A stretch of 64,000 bases of DNA, from positions 1,161 through 65,160 of the forward strand of contig JAFYNM010000004.1 in NCBI GenBank assembly GCA_017549765.1. Direction: 5' to 3'. The DNA comes from Bacteroidales bacterium (GTDB taxonomy: Bacteria; Bacteroidota; Bacteroidia; Bacteroidales; WCHB1-69). Below are positions 38,101 through 46,290 of the stretch, piece after piece. Each line of letters begins with the position of its first letter. The first letter of the stretch is position 1. The translations under genes were made by a program, and so were the position numbers. The notes under the pieces were generated by a model, which made no database searches, was not told the DNA's origin, and saw only the letters and a program-made list of their open reading frames with translations.

Positions 38101-39435
38101 GGCAGAGACGGAGGAGAGATGGCGGTACAGAGAGGTGTCCACCACAAGGGGCAGGTTGTTGATGTCGTCATCGGGGTACATTCCGCCGTCATACATAGGA
38201 TTGTAAGAGAATGAGGCAAACTCTGGGTCAGCTTCTCCTAAGTCGGTAAAGGCCACAATGTTACGATTCTCGTTAGTGGCTGCACCGATGGTAGTGCGCC
38301 ATACTTCTATCTTGGTGATGACGATGGGAGAGCCCACCAACGGCAGGGTGCTCAAATACTCGTTGTAATGGTCGCGGAAGAACTGGGCCAGGAAGAAGTG
38401 GCGGTTCTCCTCGTATTCATCGGCACTGAAGTAGAACTCCTCTTCCGCGGCACCGTTGGTGATGGAGGCACTCTGGGTGGCGCCCTTCTTCTGGGCGGCA
38501 ACGCCTGTGATGGTCAGGTTGCCGAACTTGAATTGTCCCTTCACACCAAACAGATTCTGGCTACCCGTGATCAAAGTGCTGTTCAACGGCATGGTGACAT
38601 TACCGAACTCGATCAGTTGCAGAATGTCATCTTCCTTGCCGGCATATTTCAACTTCATCACGTCATTGTTGGTACCTACTTGCAACTCGTTGGTGGCATA
38701 GTTGAGGTTGAACTCGATCTTCTCGCCGATACGGGCAATCAGGTTGAGCTGGATGTCTTGGTCAAAATCGAAGTCGGTGTGCCGGCGTTGCTTGACGGGC
38801 AGGGAGTAGTCCTGCGTGTGGTTGTGTTTCACGCCGAATTTCACCTCGATATTACCGGACGGGCGAATGTCGATGGTGTTGCTGCCGAAGATGCTTTCAA
38901 AGATGTCGCCGCCGACATGCAATTCGGGGATGAGTCCGCCACCGCCCCTTCGATTGCCAGTGGCCCCCACGGAGTTGGAATGCCAATAGTCATAGATGCT
39001 TTGGCGCAAGTCGTAGTCGATGTACTCGTTGATATCCATATAGGCGCCTGGGCCAAATGGCTGGTTTCCAGTCTGGTACTGAAATTCGTAAGTATTGGTC
39101 TCGGGATTGTATTGGATTACGGTACCGATGCCGGGAGGGTCTTGCAGATAGAAGGGACTGTAATGCTGATTGTTGAGCGGGTTGTTGTCCGGTTGCGGCA
39201 CCACAGGCTCCTTGTCGTCGGAGTCAGGCGGGGTGAGGGGTTGTTGGGCAAGCCACAAAGCCGTATAGTCGGGAAGAACGGCCGAATCTGTAATGGATTC
39301 TTCCGTTTCCTGCGCGGAGCGGAAGATGGTGTGTTGCAGTCTGGCGTTGGTGGCATATCCTAACGTGATACAGACACACAAGGATACAACACCCCACGCA
39401 CTATATAGTATTTTGTTCTTATTTATCTTTTTCAA
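32140..39435 (-). CDS. sprA: type IX secretion system translocon SprA (Sov)
   Basis: 2431 aa. Segments matching what I recall of SprA: IFESIFGSNTIDIRPSGNIEVKFGV and FGNVTMPLNSTLITGSQNLFGVKGQFKFGNLTITGV. Starts 9 nt after the ruvA stop. Confidence 0.92.
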   Translation of the reverse strand: MKKINKNKILYSAWGVVSLCVCITLGYATNARLQHTIFRSAQETEESITDSAVLPDYTALWLAQQPLTPPDSDDKEPVVPQPDNNPLNNQHYSPFYLQDPPGIGTVIQYNPETNTYEFQYQTGNQPFGPGAYMDINEYIDYDLRQSIYDYWHSNSVGATGNRRGGGGLIPELHVGGDIFESIFGSNTIDIRPSGNIEVKFGVKHNHTQDYSLPVKQRRHTDFDFDQDIQLNLIARIGEKIEFNLNYATNELQVGTNNDVMKLKYAGKEDDILQLIEFGNVTMPLNSTLITGSQNLFGVKGQFKFGNLTITGVAAQKKGATQSASITNGAAEEEFYFSADEYEENRHFFLAQFFRDHYNEYLSTLPLVGSPIVITKIEVWRTTIGAATNENRNIVAFTDLGEADPEFASFSYNPMYDGGMYPDDDINNLPLVVDTSLYRHLSSVSANMHSIGMNSGKNYEKLESARLLSPSEYTVNTKLGFISLNSALSADQVLAVAFQYTVIGDDKVYQVGEFSNEVTAPNCIRVKLLKSSNINTRSPLWKLMMKNVYSLSAYQVSNEKFRLNVLYTGDSEGVPNGFFTQGSEKGIPLIRLLGLDRLNQQQDPNPDGIFDFIDNAATIGGTINSNNGRIYFPTIEPFGKDLRAVITEPELAEKYAFDSLYTMTKTMAQQITNKNKFYIEGSYRSSYGSEFRIPTTNVAKGSVKVTAGGITLQENVDYTVNYDMGTVSIINQGYLNSGTPINVSWEPEDEYGTDQYLFGANLDYTFSPNFNIGATLMNLRERPFTNKVNYGDEPINNFIWGMNFAYKAELPFVTKAVDLLSFHSTSTQSFLNLEGEFAHFVPGHSRAIGKQGITYIDNFEAAKTTIDLNTFANWVLASTPQGQPDLFPEAGATSITDNVRKQLAYGYNRAHLSWYIIDQSVFYNGNSATPSNLTVDDLSEPYSRAVYEPELFPYKEHDGTTISTYMPVFNLAYYPSEKGPYNYDVSGSEGYSHGITEDGSLRDPASRWAGIMRKFDNTDFESSNYEYIEFWLMDPFINNETHSGGKLYFNLGDISEDILRDGMKSFESGLPADGSDENIEFTVWGRVPTVQQIVNAFDLEMSSRPNQDVGYDGLSDEREQSYFNDNYLQLIANQYGTTSGAYIKAFNDPSNDNYHYFRGTDYDNNDVKLIERYKYYNNSDGNSPTDSQSPESYPTSASVIPNLEDMNNDNTLSEDEKYYQYVINLDPQHMVVGENYINDVYEAVSSPLPNGERLTTKWYQFRIPIHNPDKVVNNISGFNSIRFLRMFLRGFEEPIVCRFATFELVRSDWRTYNLGLQEEGDYTPTQGDGEGSFYVGTVSYEENSNRTPIPYVLPPGIERETISGLTTYQINEQSLTMKAVDLVDGDARAVYKRTAYDLRNFKTVQMSIHAESVVSSNDIQKGDVTVFIRMGSDFTDNYYEYEIPAEITPWGVGKDTFAIWPAANNMVVYLDSLVALKMERNLAVRHGAISSNLIPYTKYLDGGNRMTIVGNPNLGDVTTIMIGIRNPKKQSLLDNDDMEPKSVEVWVNELRLVGFDDKQGFAALLRARMNIADVGDLTVSGTYSTPGFGNIEQSVTERSNETNINLDVATNIDGGKLFFPEKWNIKIPFHYDYSMGMAMPEYNPLNPDVKLKDDLAMCETIEERDSLRRLSTAFTQRQNINLMNVRKERSFDKGSTKMHPWDIENFDLSYSYSELIQRDADLEMNNEYTHNGEIGYTFSTNPKNFRPFSKMKWTRNKWLQLIRDINITPMPKNVVIRTSMRRELQAFKYRPKSQGNIIVDTSFVKSFDWTRNYALSWDIFQSLKLDFRADASARIDEPDGLIDTRLEKDSIWHNMGRGGRTTDYRQTFSGTYQLPINKIPLFNWVNANVRYQSTYQFNASALSLAYLGNTIQNSNNIQGNVNMNMVTLYNNIPYLKKVNQGNRKPQKPSNLTKDRNQTKKGDKEEAETAQAQDSLKEKPNYGKIILDGTLRFFMMVRNVSANYTRGAGTTLPGYMGTPKLFGIDLHNSSPGFLFVFGGQPDVQAIGARNHWLTTDSLMNSAYMRTRNENLNLRATIEPFRDFRIEVSATRRYTENYSEYFHVDEAGTLYHYTPQRNGSFSMTYCGLRTFFKDYNELFDNFRNVRMVIANRLAEANPNYTGEVNPETGFPEGYSEVAQEVLMGAFFSAYMGKDAENMDISSPFLKIPLPNWRLTYNGFSKIKGIDKVFQSLSIAHSYTCTYQIGGFTTNLAYTEDGGALNTLGDFIPREELNQIAMSEQFGPLIGFDMTLRNSLLLKVEYKQSRNVALSFTNNQITETSSYELAVSGGYRFKDLKIGLIFAGQKRQFVSDLNVTAGVGIKSNQTQLRKIQEVQDQVTSGALTATINVAAEYQFSQMVGIKFYYDQTINRPKVQNIYNSMNFETGIALRLMLSQ

Positions 39436-39444
39436 AAGTTCTAA

Positions 39445-40035
39445 CTATAAATATTTTAACGCCTTCTTTATCAGATCTTCCACTGATAAATTAATCCCTT
39501 CTGCTTTGATGACTTTGTCCAAGACGGATTCTGCTCCGGCTTTAGGAAAGCCCAAAGCGACTAATGCGGTTAACGCATCATATTTATTATTATTGTATGC
39601 GACTGAAATTTTTGTTGAATCAGCCAGTGAGAGTTTCTTGGTTTTGTCTTTCAGCTCTATGATGAGTCGTTGGGCGGTCTTGGCGCCAATGCCTTTGATG
39701 GACTGGATGGCCCGTACATTGTCGGTGGCGATGGCGTTCAGCACCTCGCCCACGGACATGGAGGAGAGGATGAGGCGTGCCGTGTTGGGCCCCACACCAT
39801 TGACGGATATGAGCAGTTGGAAGAGCTCCCGCTCCTCTTCTTCCGCAAAACCGTACAAAACCTGCGCGTCTTCTTTGATGATATAATGGGTGTGCAGCAT
39901 CACCTCTCCCAAGTCTTTGATCTGTGAGTAGGTGGCCAGTGAAATGTTAACGCAGAAGCCTATTCCACCCGCTGTCTCTATGATGACGCAGGCTGGTGTC
40001 ACCGACACGATTTTTCCTTTTACAAAACTAATCAT
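39445..40035 (-). CDS. ruvA: Holliday junction DNA helicase RuvA
   Basis: MISFVKGKIVSVTPACVIIETAGGIGF. HhH motifs ISVNGVGPNTA and IKGIGAKTAQR. The upstream extension in the track was rejected. Confidence 0.95.
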   Translation of the reverse strand: MISFVKGKIVSVTPACVIIETAGGIGFCVNISLATYSQIKDLGEVMLHTHYIIKEDAQVLYGFAEEEERELFQLLISVNGVGPNTARLILSSMSVGEVLNAIATDNVRAIQSIKGIGAKTAQRLIIELKDKTKKLSLADSTKISVAYNNNKYDALTALVALGFPKAGAESVLDKVIKAEGINLSVEDLIKKALKYL

Positions 40036-40057
40036 AACACACTTTTCAAACAGGCTG

Positions 40058-40065
40058 CAAAAGTA
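40058..40065 (-). promoter_or_regulatory. -7 box TACTTTTG (ruvA-sprA)
   Basis: Plus strand reads caaaagta. Lies 23 nt upstream of the ATG at 40035. Confidence 0.5.
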
Positions 40066-40192
40066 TAAAAAACGTTTCATTTTTTTAGGTTTTTTAAGAG
40101 GATTACAAAAATGCCCTGTTATGGCGTGGTTTCTCGTCTTCTCATATTCCGTTTTCATGAAAAAAAGGCATGAAAGCGTTTTCATTTTTTTG

Positions 40193-40200
40193 TATTTTTG
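40193..40200 (+). promoter_or_regulatory. -7 box TATTTTTG (TonB-dependent receptor)
   Basis: Lies 10 nt upstream of the ATG at 40210 and 22 nt upstream of the alternative ATG at 40222. Confidence 0.4.
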
Positions 40201-40209
40201 CGCCCTTTA

Positions 40210-42504
40210 ATGAAAAAGGTTATGAAGCGATTTTTCCTCCTCTATATTTGTCTGTTTTTTTCTGTGATGACAGCGTGGGCGCAAGGTACCACCATCAAGG
40301 GTTTCACCTATGACGACTCCAACGGTGAGGCTCTGGGTTACTGTACGTTGCAACTGGACGGCACCTCCTATGGCGCTATGTCCGACGGAAAGGGTGCTTT
40401 CATCCTGACGAAGATTCCCAAGGGTAATTATGTGATGAAGGTCACGGCATTAGGCTACAATACTATATATGACACGTTGGTGATTCGCCGGGACACCACC
40501 ATGGTGAAGAGATACTCGATGGTGCCCAATTCAACGACTATTGGGGAGGTGATGATCAAAGGAGAAGGCCAGCGTAGAGAGCAGGAGACGCGTACCTCTG
40601 TGATCAGTGTGACGCCGAAGGATATGAGCAAGATGCCTGCCATTGGCGGTCAGCCCGACTTTGCGCAGTACCTGCAGGTGTTGCCGGGCGTCATCTCCAC
40701 GGGCGACCAGGGCGGTCAGCTCTATGTGCGCGGCGGCACACCCGTGCAGAACATGCTGCTCCTCGACGGTGTCATCATCTATAACCCCTTCCACTCCATC
40801 GGTATCTTCTCCGTTTTCGACATGGATATCATGAGCAGCGCCGATGTCTATACGGGCGGCTTCGGGGCGGAGTTCGGCGGCAGAATATCTTCCGTGATGG
40901 ATATCAAGACCCGCGATGGCAACAAGAAACACCTGTCCGGAAAAGTGGATGTCAGCAACATCCAGACACAAGTCCTCCTGGAAGGTCCGCTCGTCAAACT
41001 CAAGGATGACCGCAAGACCGCTCTCAGCTTCATCCTCTCCGGCAAGGGTTCCTATCTTAACCAAGCCTCCAAATTCTTCTATCCCTATGTGAGCGAGACA
41101 GGTCTGCCCTATAACTATCTCGACCTTTATGGCAAACTGACGCTTTCCACGCTCAACGGCACCAAACTCAACATCTTCGGCTTTAATTTCGACGATCGTG
41201 TCAACTACAGTTCGGTGGCCGATTATGCTTGGAACAACTGGGGCGTGGGTGCCAACTTCATGATTGTGCCTGGCACCGTGCCGACCACCATCGAGGGCGC
41301 TCTTTCTTATTCCAACTATACCAGCAAGCTCGATGACAAACAATATAAACCCAAGGAGAGTTCCATGAACGGCTTCACCTTCAACCTTACCTTCAACTAT
41401 TTCTTAGGCAAGAGCGTGTTGAATGTCGGTATGGATGTGGTGGGATACAATACTAATTATATGTATCACACACTCTGGGGATCCCAAATCAATATCGAGG
41501 ACCACACCACCGACCTGTCGATTTTTATCAAATACAAGTATAACTTCCGCAACAAACTGTTGTTGGAGCCCAGTTTCCGCTTGCAATACTACTATTCACT
41601 GGGCGAATTGTCGCCAGAACCCCGGTTGGCTCTCAAATACAACATTACGAAAAAGCTGAGACTGAAATTAGCCGGCGGCCTCTATTCCCAGAACTTGATT
41701 TCTGTCACCTCCGACCGCGACGTGGTAAGCCTTTTTAACGGTTTCATGTCGTCTCCGGTCGGCAATTCTCTGCTCACCGACTATATGCTGCAGGATGCCG
41801 ACACGATGAAAGGACGTCTTCAGAAAGCCCAACATGTCATCCTCGGTCTGGAGTATGATCCGATTCCCCAGCTGACTTTCAACGTGGAGGGCTACTTCAA
41901 GAACTTCTCCCAGTTGATCTCCACCAACCGTTACAAGATGTTTGATGACGAGAAAGAGTTCATCTGGGAAAAGGGTATGGCGTATGGCGGCGATCTGACG
42001 GTCAAATATGAGCACAAAGGCTTTTACGTGTGGTTGGTCTATTCTCTGGGTTGGGTAAAAAGAACCGATGGTGTCATCACCTACAATCCGCATTTTGACA
42101 GAAGACACAACATCAACCTGTTGGCCTCCTATGCCTTTGGGAAACGCAAATCCTGGCAGATTGACTTCCGTTGGAACTTCGGTACTGGATTCCCGTACAC
42201 GCAGACGCAGGCCTACTATCCGCACTACGTGCCCAACCATATTTACGATGACTATATCTCCAGCAATGAAGAGCTTTACTTCCTGTTGGCAGGCTTCAAC
42301 CAGGCTCGTCTTCCGAACTATCACCGTCTTGATTTAGGAGCCAAGAAGAAGTTCTTCATCGGCGAAAGAAACACCATCGAATTGAGCTTCTCGCTCTCCA
42401 ATGTTTATAACTATAGAAATGTCTTTTATGTAAATAGAACGACCAATGATATCATTTATCAGCTGCCGTTCCTTTACTACTTCGGACTCACTTGGCGTTT
42501 CTAA
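40210..42504 (+). CDS. TonB-dependent receptor with N-terminal carboxypeptidase-regulatory-like domain
   Basis: Signal peptide. TIKGFTYDDSNGEALGYCTLQLDG (CarbopepD_reg-like). Plug region with DFAQYLQVLPGV. Barrel ends in GLTWRF. Confidence 0.85.
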   Translation: MKKVMKRFFLLYICLFFSVMTAWAQGTTIKGFTYDDSNGEALGYCTLQLDGTSYGAMSDGKGAFILTKIPKGNYVMKVTALGYNTIYDTLVIRRDTTMVKRYSMVPNSTTIGEVMIKGEGQRREQETRTSVISVTPKDMSKMPAIGGQPDFAQYLQVLPGVISTGDQGGQLYVRGGTPVQNMLLLDGVIIYNPFHSIGIFSVFDMDIMSSADVYTGGFGAEFGGRISSVMDIKTRDGNKKHLSGKVDVSNIQTQVLLEGPLVKLKDDRKTALSFILSGKGSYLNQASKFFYPYVSETGLPYNYLDLYGKLTLSTLNGTKLNIFGFNFDDRVNYSSVADYAWNNWGVGANFMIVPGTVPTTIEGALSYSNYTSKLDDKQYKPKESSMNGFTFNLTFNYFLGKSVLNVGMDVVGYNTNYMYHTLWGSQINIEDHTTDLSIFIKYKYNFRNKLLLEPSFRLQYYYSLGELSPEPRLALKYNITKKLRLKLAGGLYSQNLISVTSDRDVVSLFNGFMSSPVGNSLLTDYMLQDADTMKGRLQKAQHVILGLEYDPIPQLTFNVEGYFKNFSQLISTNRYKMFDDEKEFIWEKGMAYGGDLTVKYEHKGFYVWLVYSLGWVKRTDGVITYNPHFDRRHNINLLASYAFGKRKSWQIDFRWNFGTGFPYTQTQAYYPHYVPNHIYDDYISSNEELYFLLAGFNQARLPNYHRLDLGAKKKFFIGERNTIELSFSLSNVYNYRNVFYVNRTTNDIIYQLPFLYYFGLTWRF

Positions 42505-42586
42505 TCATTGTAAACATCTAATTTACAATAAAATATAGTCAAAATAAAAAATTTTTCCTAGAAGTTGCGCACATTCAAAAAAAGTG

Positions 42587-42594
42587 TATTTTTG
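42587..42594 (+). promoter_or_regulatory. -7 box TATTTTTG (tRNA-Asp)
   Basis: Ends 19 nt upstream of the tRNA 5' end. Confidence 0.5.
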
Positions 42595-42612
42595 CGCCGT
42601 TCTAAGAAACAC

Positions 42613-42687
42613 GGATCGGTAGTTCAGTTTGGTTAGAATACATGCCTGTCACGCATGGGGTCGCGAGTTCGAGTCTCGTCCGGTCCG
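42613..42687 (+). tRNA. tRNA-Asp (anticodon GTC)
   Basis: Folded by hand into a cloverleaf: acceptor GGATCGG/CCGGTCC, anticodon stem CATGC/GCATG with loop CTGTCAC, T-arm GCGAG TTCGAGT CTCGT. CCA is not encoded. Confidence 0.93.
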
Positions 42688-42703
42688 CTAAAGAAAAAAT
42701 ATT

Positions 42704-42739
42704 GTAGAGACGTGCTATAGCGCGTCTCTACTTTTTTTT
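42704..42739 (+). terminator. rho-independent terminator after tRNA-Asp
   Basis: gtagagacg ... cgtctctac, followed by T8. Confidence 0.75.
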
Positions 42740-42879
42740 GTAAAGTCAGCCGATCTTCTGTGGTTTCAAATGTGGCGCATGGTAGTGCCAGTGGCACGAC
42801 ATTGTCAGAAACCTCTAAACGTGAATTTTTGGGGAGCAGGTGATTTTTTTCTTTCTTGCCTATGAATTGATTATTTTAC

Positions 42880-42887
42880 TATTTTTG
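42880..42887 (+). promoter_or_regulatory. -7 box TATTTTTG
   Basis: Lies 62 nt upstream of the ATG at 42949. Confidence 0.4.
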
Positions 42888-42948
42888 CATCCGAAAGTTA
42901 GAAAAAATGTAGAAGCCATACACAAAACCAAACTTTGTAGTGTATATT

Positions 42949-44274
42949 ATGATTATAGAGAGAGACATCATCAACAAGTTCAAGGTGTGGAAAGACGCTC
43001 CCAGAAGGAAACCCATTCTGCTTAAAGGCGCACGTCAGATAGGCAAAACCTGGGCGATGGAAGCATTCGGCAAGGAGTGTTTCAAATATTGTGTCAAGTT
43101 CGATTTTGACCGCCAGCCCGAAGTGAAATCCGTATTTCAAGCCACAAAAGACCCCTTACGTTTGGTCAAAGAGCTTACGCTTTACTGCGATCAGCCCATC
43201 ATCGCCGGCGAAACCCTTATGATTTTCGACGAGATACAAGAATGCGAGGAAGCCCTCAACAGCCTGAAATACTTTTGCGACGAAGCCCCCCAGTACCATA
43301 TCATAGCAGCTGGATCCCTGCTGGGCGTGGCGGTCAAAAAACGCAAAATGACCGTCCCTGTTGGAAAGGTTAACATCGTCAACATGTTTCCTGTCACTTT
43401 CAAGGAATTCCTCCGCGCAAGCGACATCCGCACCTACGAGTATCTGGAATCTCTTGATGAAATCCGCCATCTGCCCGAAATCATCATGAACAAACTGCGT
43501 ACCGAATACCGGCGGTATCAGGTGTCCGGCGGTATGCCCGAGGCCGTGGTGGCCTTGCTCGACAATCAAGGAATCAGCGCAGTTGAATCCGTTTTGCAAG
43601 ACATTCTCGACCTCTATGAGCTGGATTTTGCCAAATACGCCGAGCCGCGCGAGATTCCGCGCATTCATGCCGTCTGGCACTTCCTGCCTGCCCAGCTGTC
43701 GAAAGAAAACCGTAAGTTCGTATGGAAAGTGATCAAAACCGGAGCCCGCTCCAAGGATTATGAAGATGCGCTTTTGTGGCTTGTCGATGCCGGAATAATC
43801 TACCAGGTCTTCAACATCAGCAAACCGGGCATGCCGCTGTCGGCCTACGAAGACAGGGATGCCTTTAAGGTTTATGCTTGCGACTGCGGCTTGCTCCGCC
43901 GTTTGGCGCATCTGCCCGCATCGGTAGTCACCGACCCCATTGCCAACTACACCGAGTTTAAGGGTGCGATGGCCGAAAACGCCGTCCTGCAGTCTATTAT
44001 GCCCTTCCTTGACGACAGGAAAGTGTATTATTGGACGTCACCAGGTACAGCCGAAATAGAGTTTGTGATCCAGTGGAACGATGAGATCATTCCCATCGAG
44101 GTAAAAGCCGAGGATAACATCAGTGGCAGCAGTCTCTCTGTTTACAACAAAAAATATGAGCCGCTCCACCGTATCCGTTTCTCCATGCTCAACCTCCAAT
44201 TCAACGGCGGACTGCTCAGCAGCCCCGCTCCCTTAGCCAGCTGGTTTGACAAGCTGATGACCCTTGTCAAATAA
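42949..44274 (+). CDS. AAA-family ATPase (AAA_14 plus DUF4143-type architecture)
   Basis: Walker A LLKGARQIGKTW; Walker B-like LMIFDEIQ. Length and C-terminal region are typical of the stand-alone ATP-binding proteins common in Bacteroidota. Confidence 0.8.
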   Translation: MIIERDIINKFKVWKDAPRRKPILLKGARQIGKTWAMEAFGKECFKYCVKFDFDRQPEVKSVFQATKDPLRLVKELTLYCDQPIIAGETLMIFDEIQECEEALNSLKYFCDEAPQYHIIAAGSLLGVAVKKRKMTVPVGKVNIVNMFPVTFKEFLRASDIRTYEYLESLDEIRHLPEIIMNKLRTEYRRYQVSGGMPEAVVALLDNQGISAVESVLQDILDLYELDFAKYAEPREIPRIHAVWHFLPAQLSKENRKFVWKVIKTGARSKDYEDALLWLVDAGIIYQVFNISKPGMPLSAYEDRDAFKVYACDCGLLRRLAHLPASVVTDPIANYTEFKGAMAENAVLQSIMPFLDDRKVYYWTSPGTAEIEFVIQWNDEIIPIEVKAEDNISGSSLSVYNKKYEPLHRIRFSMLNLQFNGGLLSSPAPLASWFDKLMTLVK

Positions 44275-44621
44275 ACACAAAAAGAACCAGCCCGAAAGTT
44301 GTCTCTTTGGCGGAATAAGGTTCCGGCACACTCTACGGAAAAGGGACGGAAGTTGCTCGAATGATTCTTTGGTATGCGCGACACTTTCATACCCTGTACT
44401 TATCGGTCTCACAGGGCATCCATATCTTCGTCTTTCGGGGCAAAGATAGACATTTATCAACGGAAAACATAGGAAAACAAAAACGCAGTCAAACAAAACG
44501 ACCGCGTTTTTGTTTACCCTAATACCAAGACAACGATTGCAGCGATTATGAGTTATCTAGGGCGAAATATGAGCGGAAAGCGTGCCCAAAACGTCAGGTC
44601 ATAAAAACGTAAGCCGCAGTG

Positions 44622-45212
44622 TCAGAAACGGTGTTCGTAGCCGAGTTTTAGGCAGGCACCGAAACGAGGGGGCGCTGTATCCAACCCTCGATAGGCAACA
44701 CCGTCGTGATAGACCTTTTCGAAACCCACCGATATGTTGCTGTTGACCCCGATTGTGAGGATATCATTGGCGGTCAATGGGATGCGGCCTCCGAGTTCGA
44801 GCACCGTCTCCCCTATGTTAAAGCACTCTTTGGCATTTGCTGCCGTCCAAGCCTCTAACCCGATGCCGAAGGAAAGGCCGCCGCGGGCGTAAAAGTGCCG
44901 TGTGTGGAATTCCATCTCAATCGGAATCCTCAGGAAATGGTAATGCTCGTTGTTCGCCGGTTTGAATATGCTTTCGTAATCCAAGCTGGTGTAGATTCCC
45001 CAAAATCGACAGAAATCGTATCGGAAACCCACTCCGCCGCCTGCTTGTATGAAAGTGTCTGACCAAAACAGATAGCTGCACACACCTCCTATGGCGTTCG
45101 CGGTAATGTTGAAGCCTTTGTATGTATTTTCGGATGTTGTTGTTTGTGCATTCGCCGGTATGGTAAAGGCGAGCACTGCGACGAATAGGGTGTAATACAG
45201 TCTCTTTATCAT
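44622..45212 (-). CDS. small outer-membrane beta-barrel protein
   Basis: Signal peptide MIKRLYYTLFVAVLAFTIPANAQ. Alternating strands. C-terminal LGYEHRF. The upstream extension in the track was rejected. Confidence 0.65.
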   Translation of the reverse strand: MIKRLYYTLFVAVLAFTIPANAQTTTSENTYKGFNITANAIGGVCSYLFWSDTFIQAGGGVGFRYDFCRFWGIYTSLDYESIFKPANNEHYHFLRIPIEMEFHTRHFYARGGLSFGIGLEAWTAANAKECFNIGETVLELGGRIPLTANDILTIGVNSNISVGFEKVYHDGVAYRGLDTAPPRFGACLKLGYEHRF

Positions 45213-45242
45213 TGCATTTTTTTTTATGAAGGAATGACGCAG

Positions 45243-45250
45243 CAAAACTA
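45243..45250 (-). promoter_or_regulatory. -7 box TAGTTTTG
   Basis: Plus strand reads caaaacta. Lies 31 nt upstream of the ATG at 45212. Confidence 0.4.
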
Positions 45251-45452
45251 CAAAAAAAGCCGTTGTTGTTTGCCTCCCGTGCATTTTTCATCCCAAAAAA
45301 ATGCACCGCCACGATAAGAAGGCGTTATTCTGCTAACCCATACACTTTGTGTTCATTTAACTAACTGTGCGTATTTTGCTGGCATTCACTCTTTTGCAAT
45401 ACAATTAAATGAATACAAACAGCTGCAACATTCAAGTGCAATGGACTACCTA

Positions 45453-45469
45453 AGTCTCGTCCGGTCCGC
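45453..45469 (+). repeat. 17-bp direct repeat of the tRNA-Asp 3' end (att-like)
   Basis: agtctcgtccggtccgc is identical to 42672-42688. Confidence 0.85.
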
Positions 45470-45477
45470 CAAAATTG

Positions 45478-45508
45478 TAGAGACGCAATGCATTGCGTCT
45501 CTATTTTT
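45478..45508 (+). terminator. hairpin plus T-run, diverged copy of the tRNA-Asp terminator
   Basis: tagagacgcaatg/cattgcgtctcta perfect palindrome, followed by ttttt. Shares attgtagagacg...gcgtctcta with 42701-42731. Confidence 0.6.
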
Positions 45509-45526
45509 ATGTCCTAAAAATGCACT

Positions 45527-45956
45527 TCACGCTTCTTCTTTCAGTTTCCTTTCAATTTCTTCTATAGTAGGTAGAGCTCCTTCCACCTTTACAGGATAAA
45601 ATTGTTCCAGCTCGTATGAAGAAATGGCTATAGGTTGGCTACTTGATTCCAACGAGTACTGCGCCAACAACCCGTTCTTTTTCTTGCAAATCAGAAGACC
45701 GATGGTAGGGTTGTCATCAGGTTGCTTCAGAATGTGGTTGCACGCGACTATGTATCCTCCAATCTGTCCCACATCAGGAAAATCAAAATCATCAATCTGT
45801 GATGTCACCATGGTATGCTGCATAACTTTTCCACAACCTGTGGAAGATTTCTACTTTCCAAATTTGGCATTGTCTGTATCGCCGTACAAGGGTTTTCACC
45901 CATTGGGTGTATTCTTTGTCAAGTATAGTGATTGTCTTGTCCATATTTTGTCTCAT
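45527..45956 (-). pseudogene. internally deleted or frameshifted DUF1016/YhcG-type PDDEXK nuclease gene remnant
   Basis: The C-terminal 98-aa ORF carries DDNPTIGLLICKKKNGLLAQYSL, which is characteristic of YhcG-like proteins (normally about 340 aa). A 52-aa N-terminal-like ORF (MRQNMDKTITILDKEYTQWVKTLVRRYRQCQI...) lies in another frame directly upstream. The middle part is missing. Confidence 0.5.
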
Positions 45957-46178
45957 TTCAAACCGCAAAAATACTCCTTTTTCGGATATAACTGTAGGGA
46001 CCTCAGAAATTTAATCTTTACCGTTAGTGAGCCTTTGAAGGATGTCGTCCATATCTTCGTCTCTTGATGTAAAGATAAGCGTTCGTCAAGCGTGCCTGGT
46101 CGCCCAAATGCAACAAAACATATTATTTATTTTTTAAAAGCTTCTCCGTAATTCTTCTTTCTTGAATTGGAAATTTCG

Positions 46179-46186
46179 TAGTTTTG
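46179..46186 (+). promoter_or_regulatory. -7 box TAGTTTTG (S8 peptidase)
   Basis: Lies 105 nt upstream of the ATG at 46291. Confidence 0.35.
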
Positions 46187-46290
46187 CAACCTGATTTGAT
46201 GATTGAAGTAAAATAAATCTAATGAAACCCCTTGTAATGTCTTCGAAATATCAATAGACAAAGTCAAGGAATACCACAAAACACACAATA

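Larger units (their letters stand above)
42689..45452. mobile_element. putative integrated-element remnant at the tRNA-Asp 3' end (no integrase seen)
   Basis: Bounded by a 17-bp direct repeat of the tRNA 3' end (42672-42688 and 45453-45469). Each repeat is followed by a related terminator hairpin. Carries an AAA ATPase gene and a small OM barrel gene. Confidence 0.4.

Noticed and set aside
42689-45452. The AAA ATPase plus small barrel pair as a defence system.
   Set aside because: No nuclease, methylase, reverse transcriptase or other effector partner is present. Stand-alone ATPases of this architecture are common in Bacteroidota. Only the integration footprint is supported.
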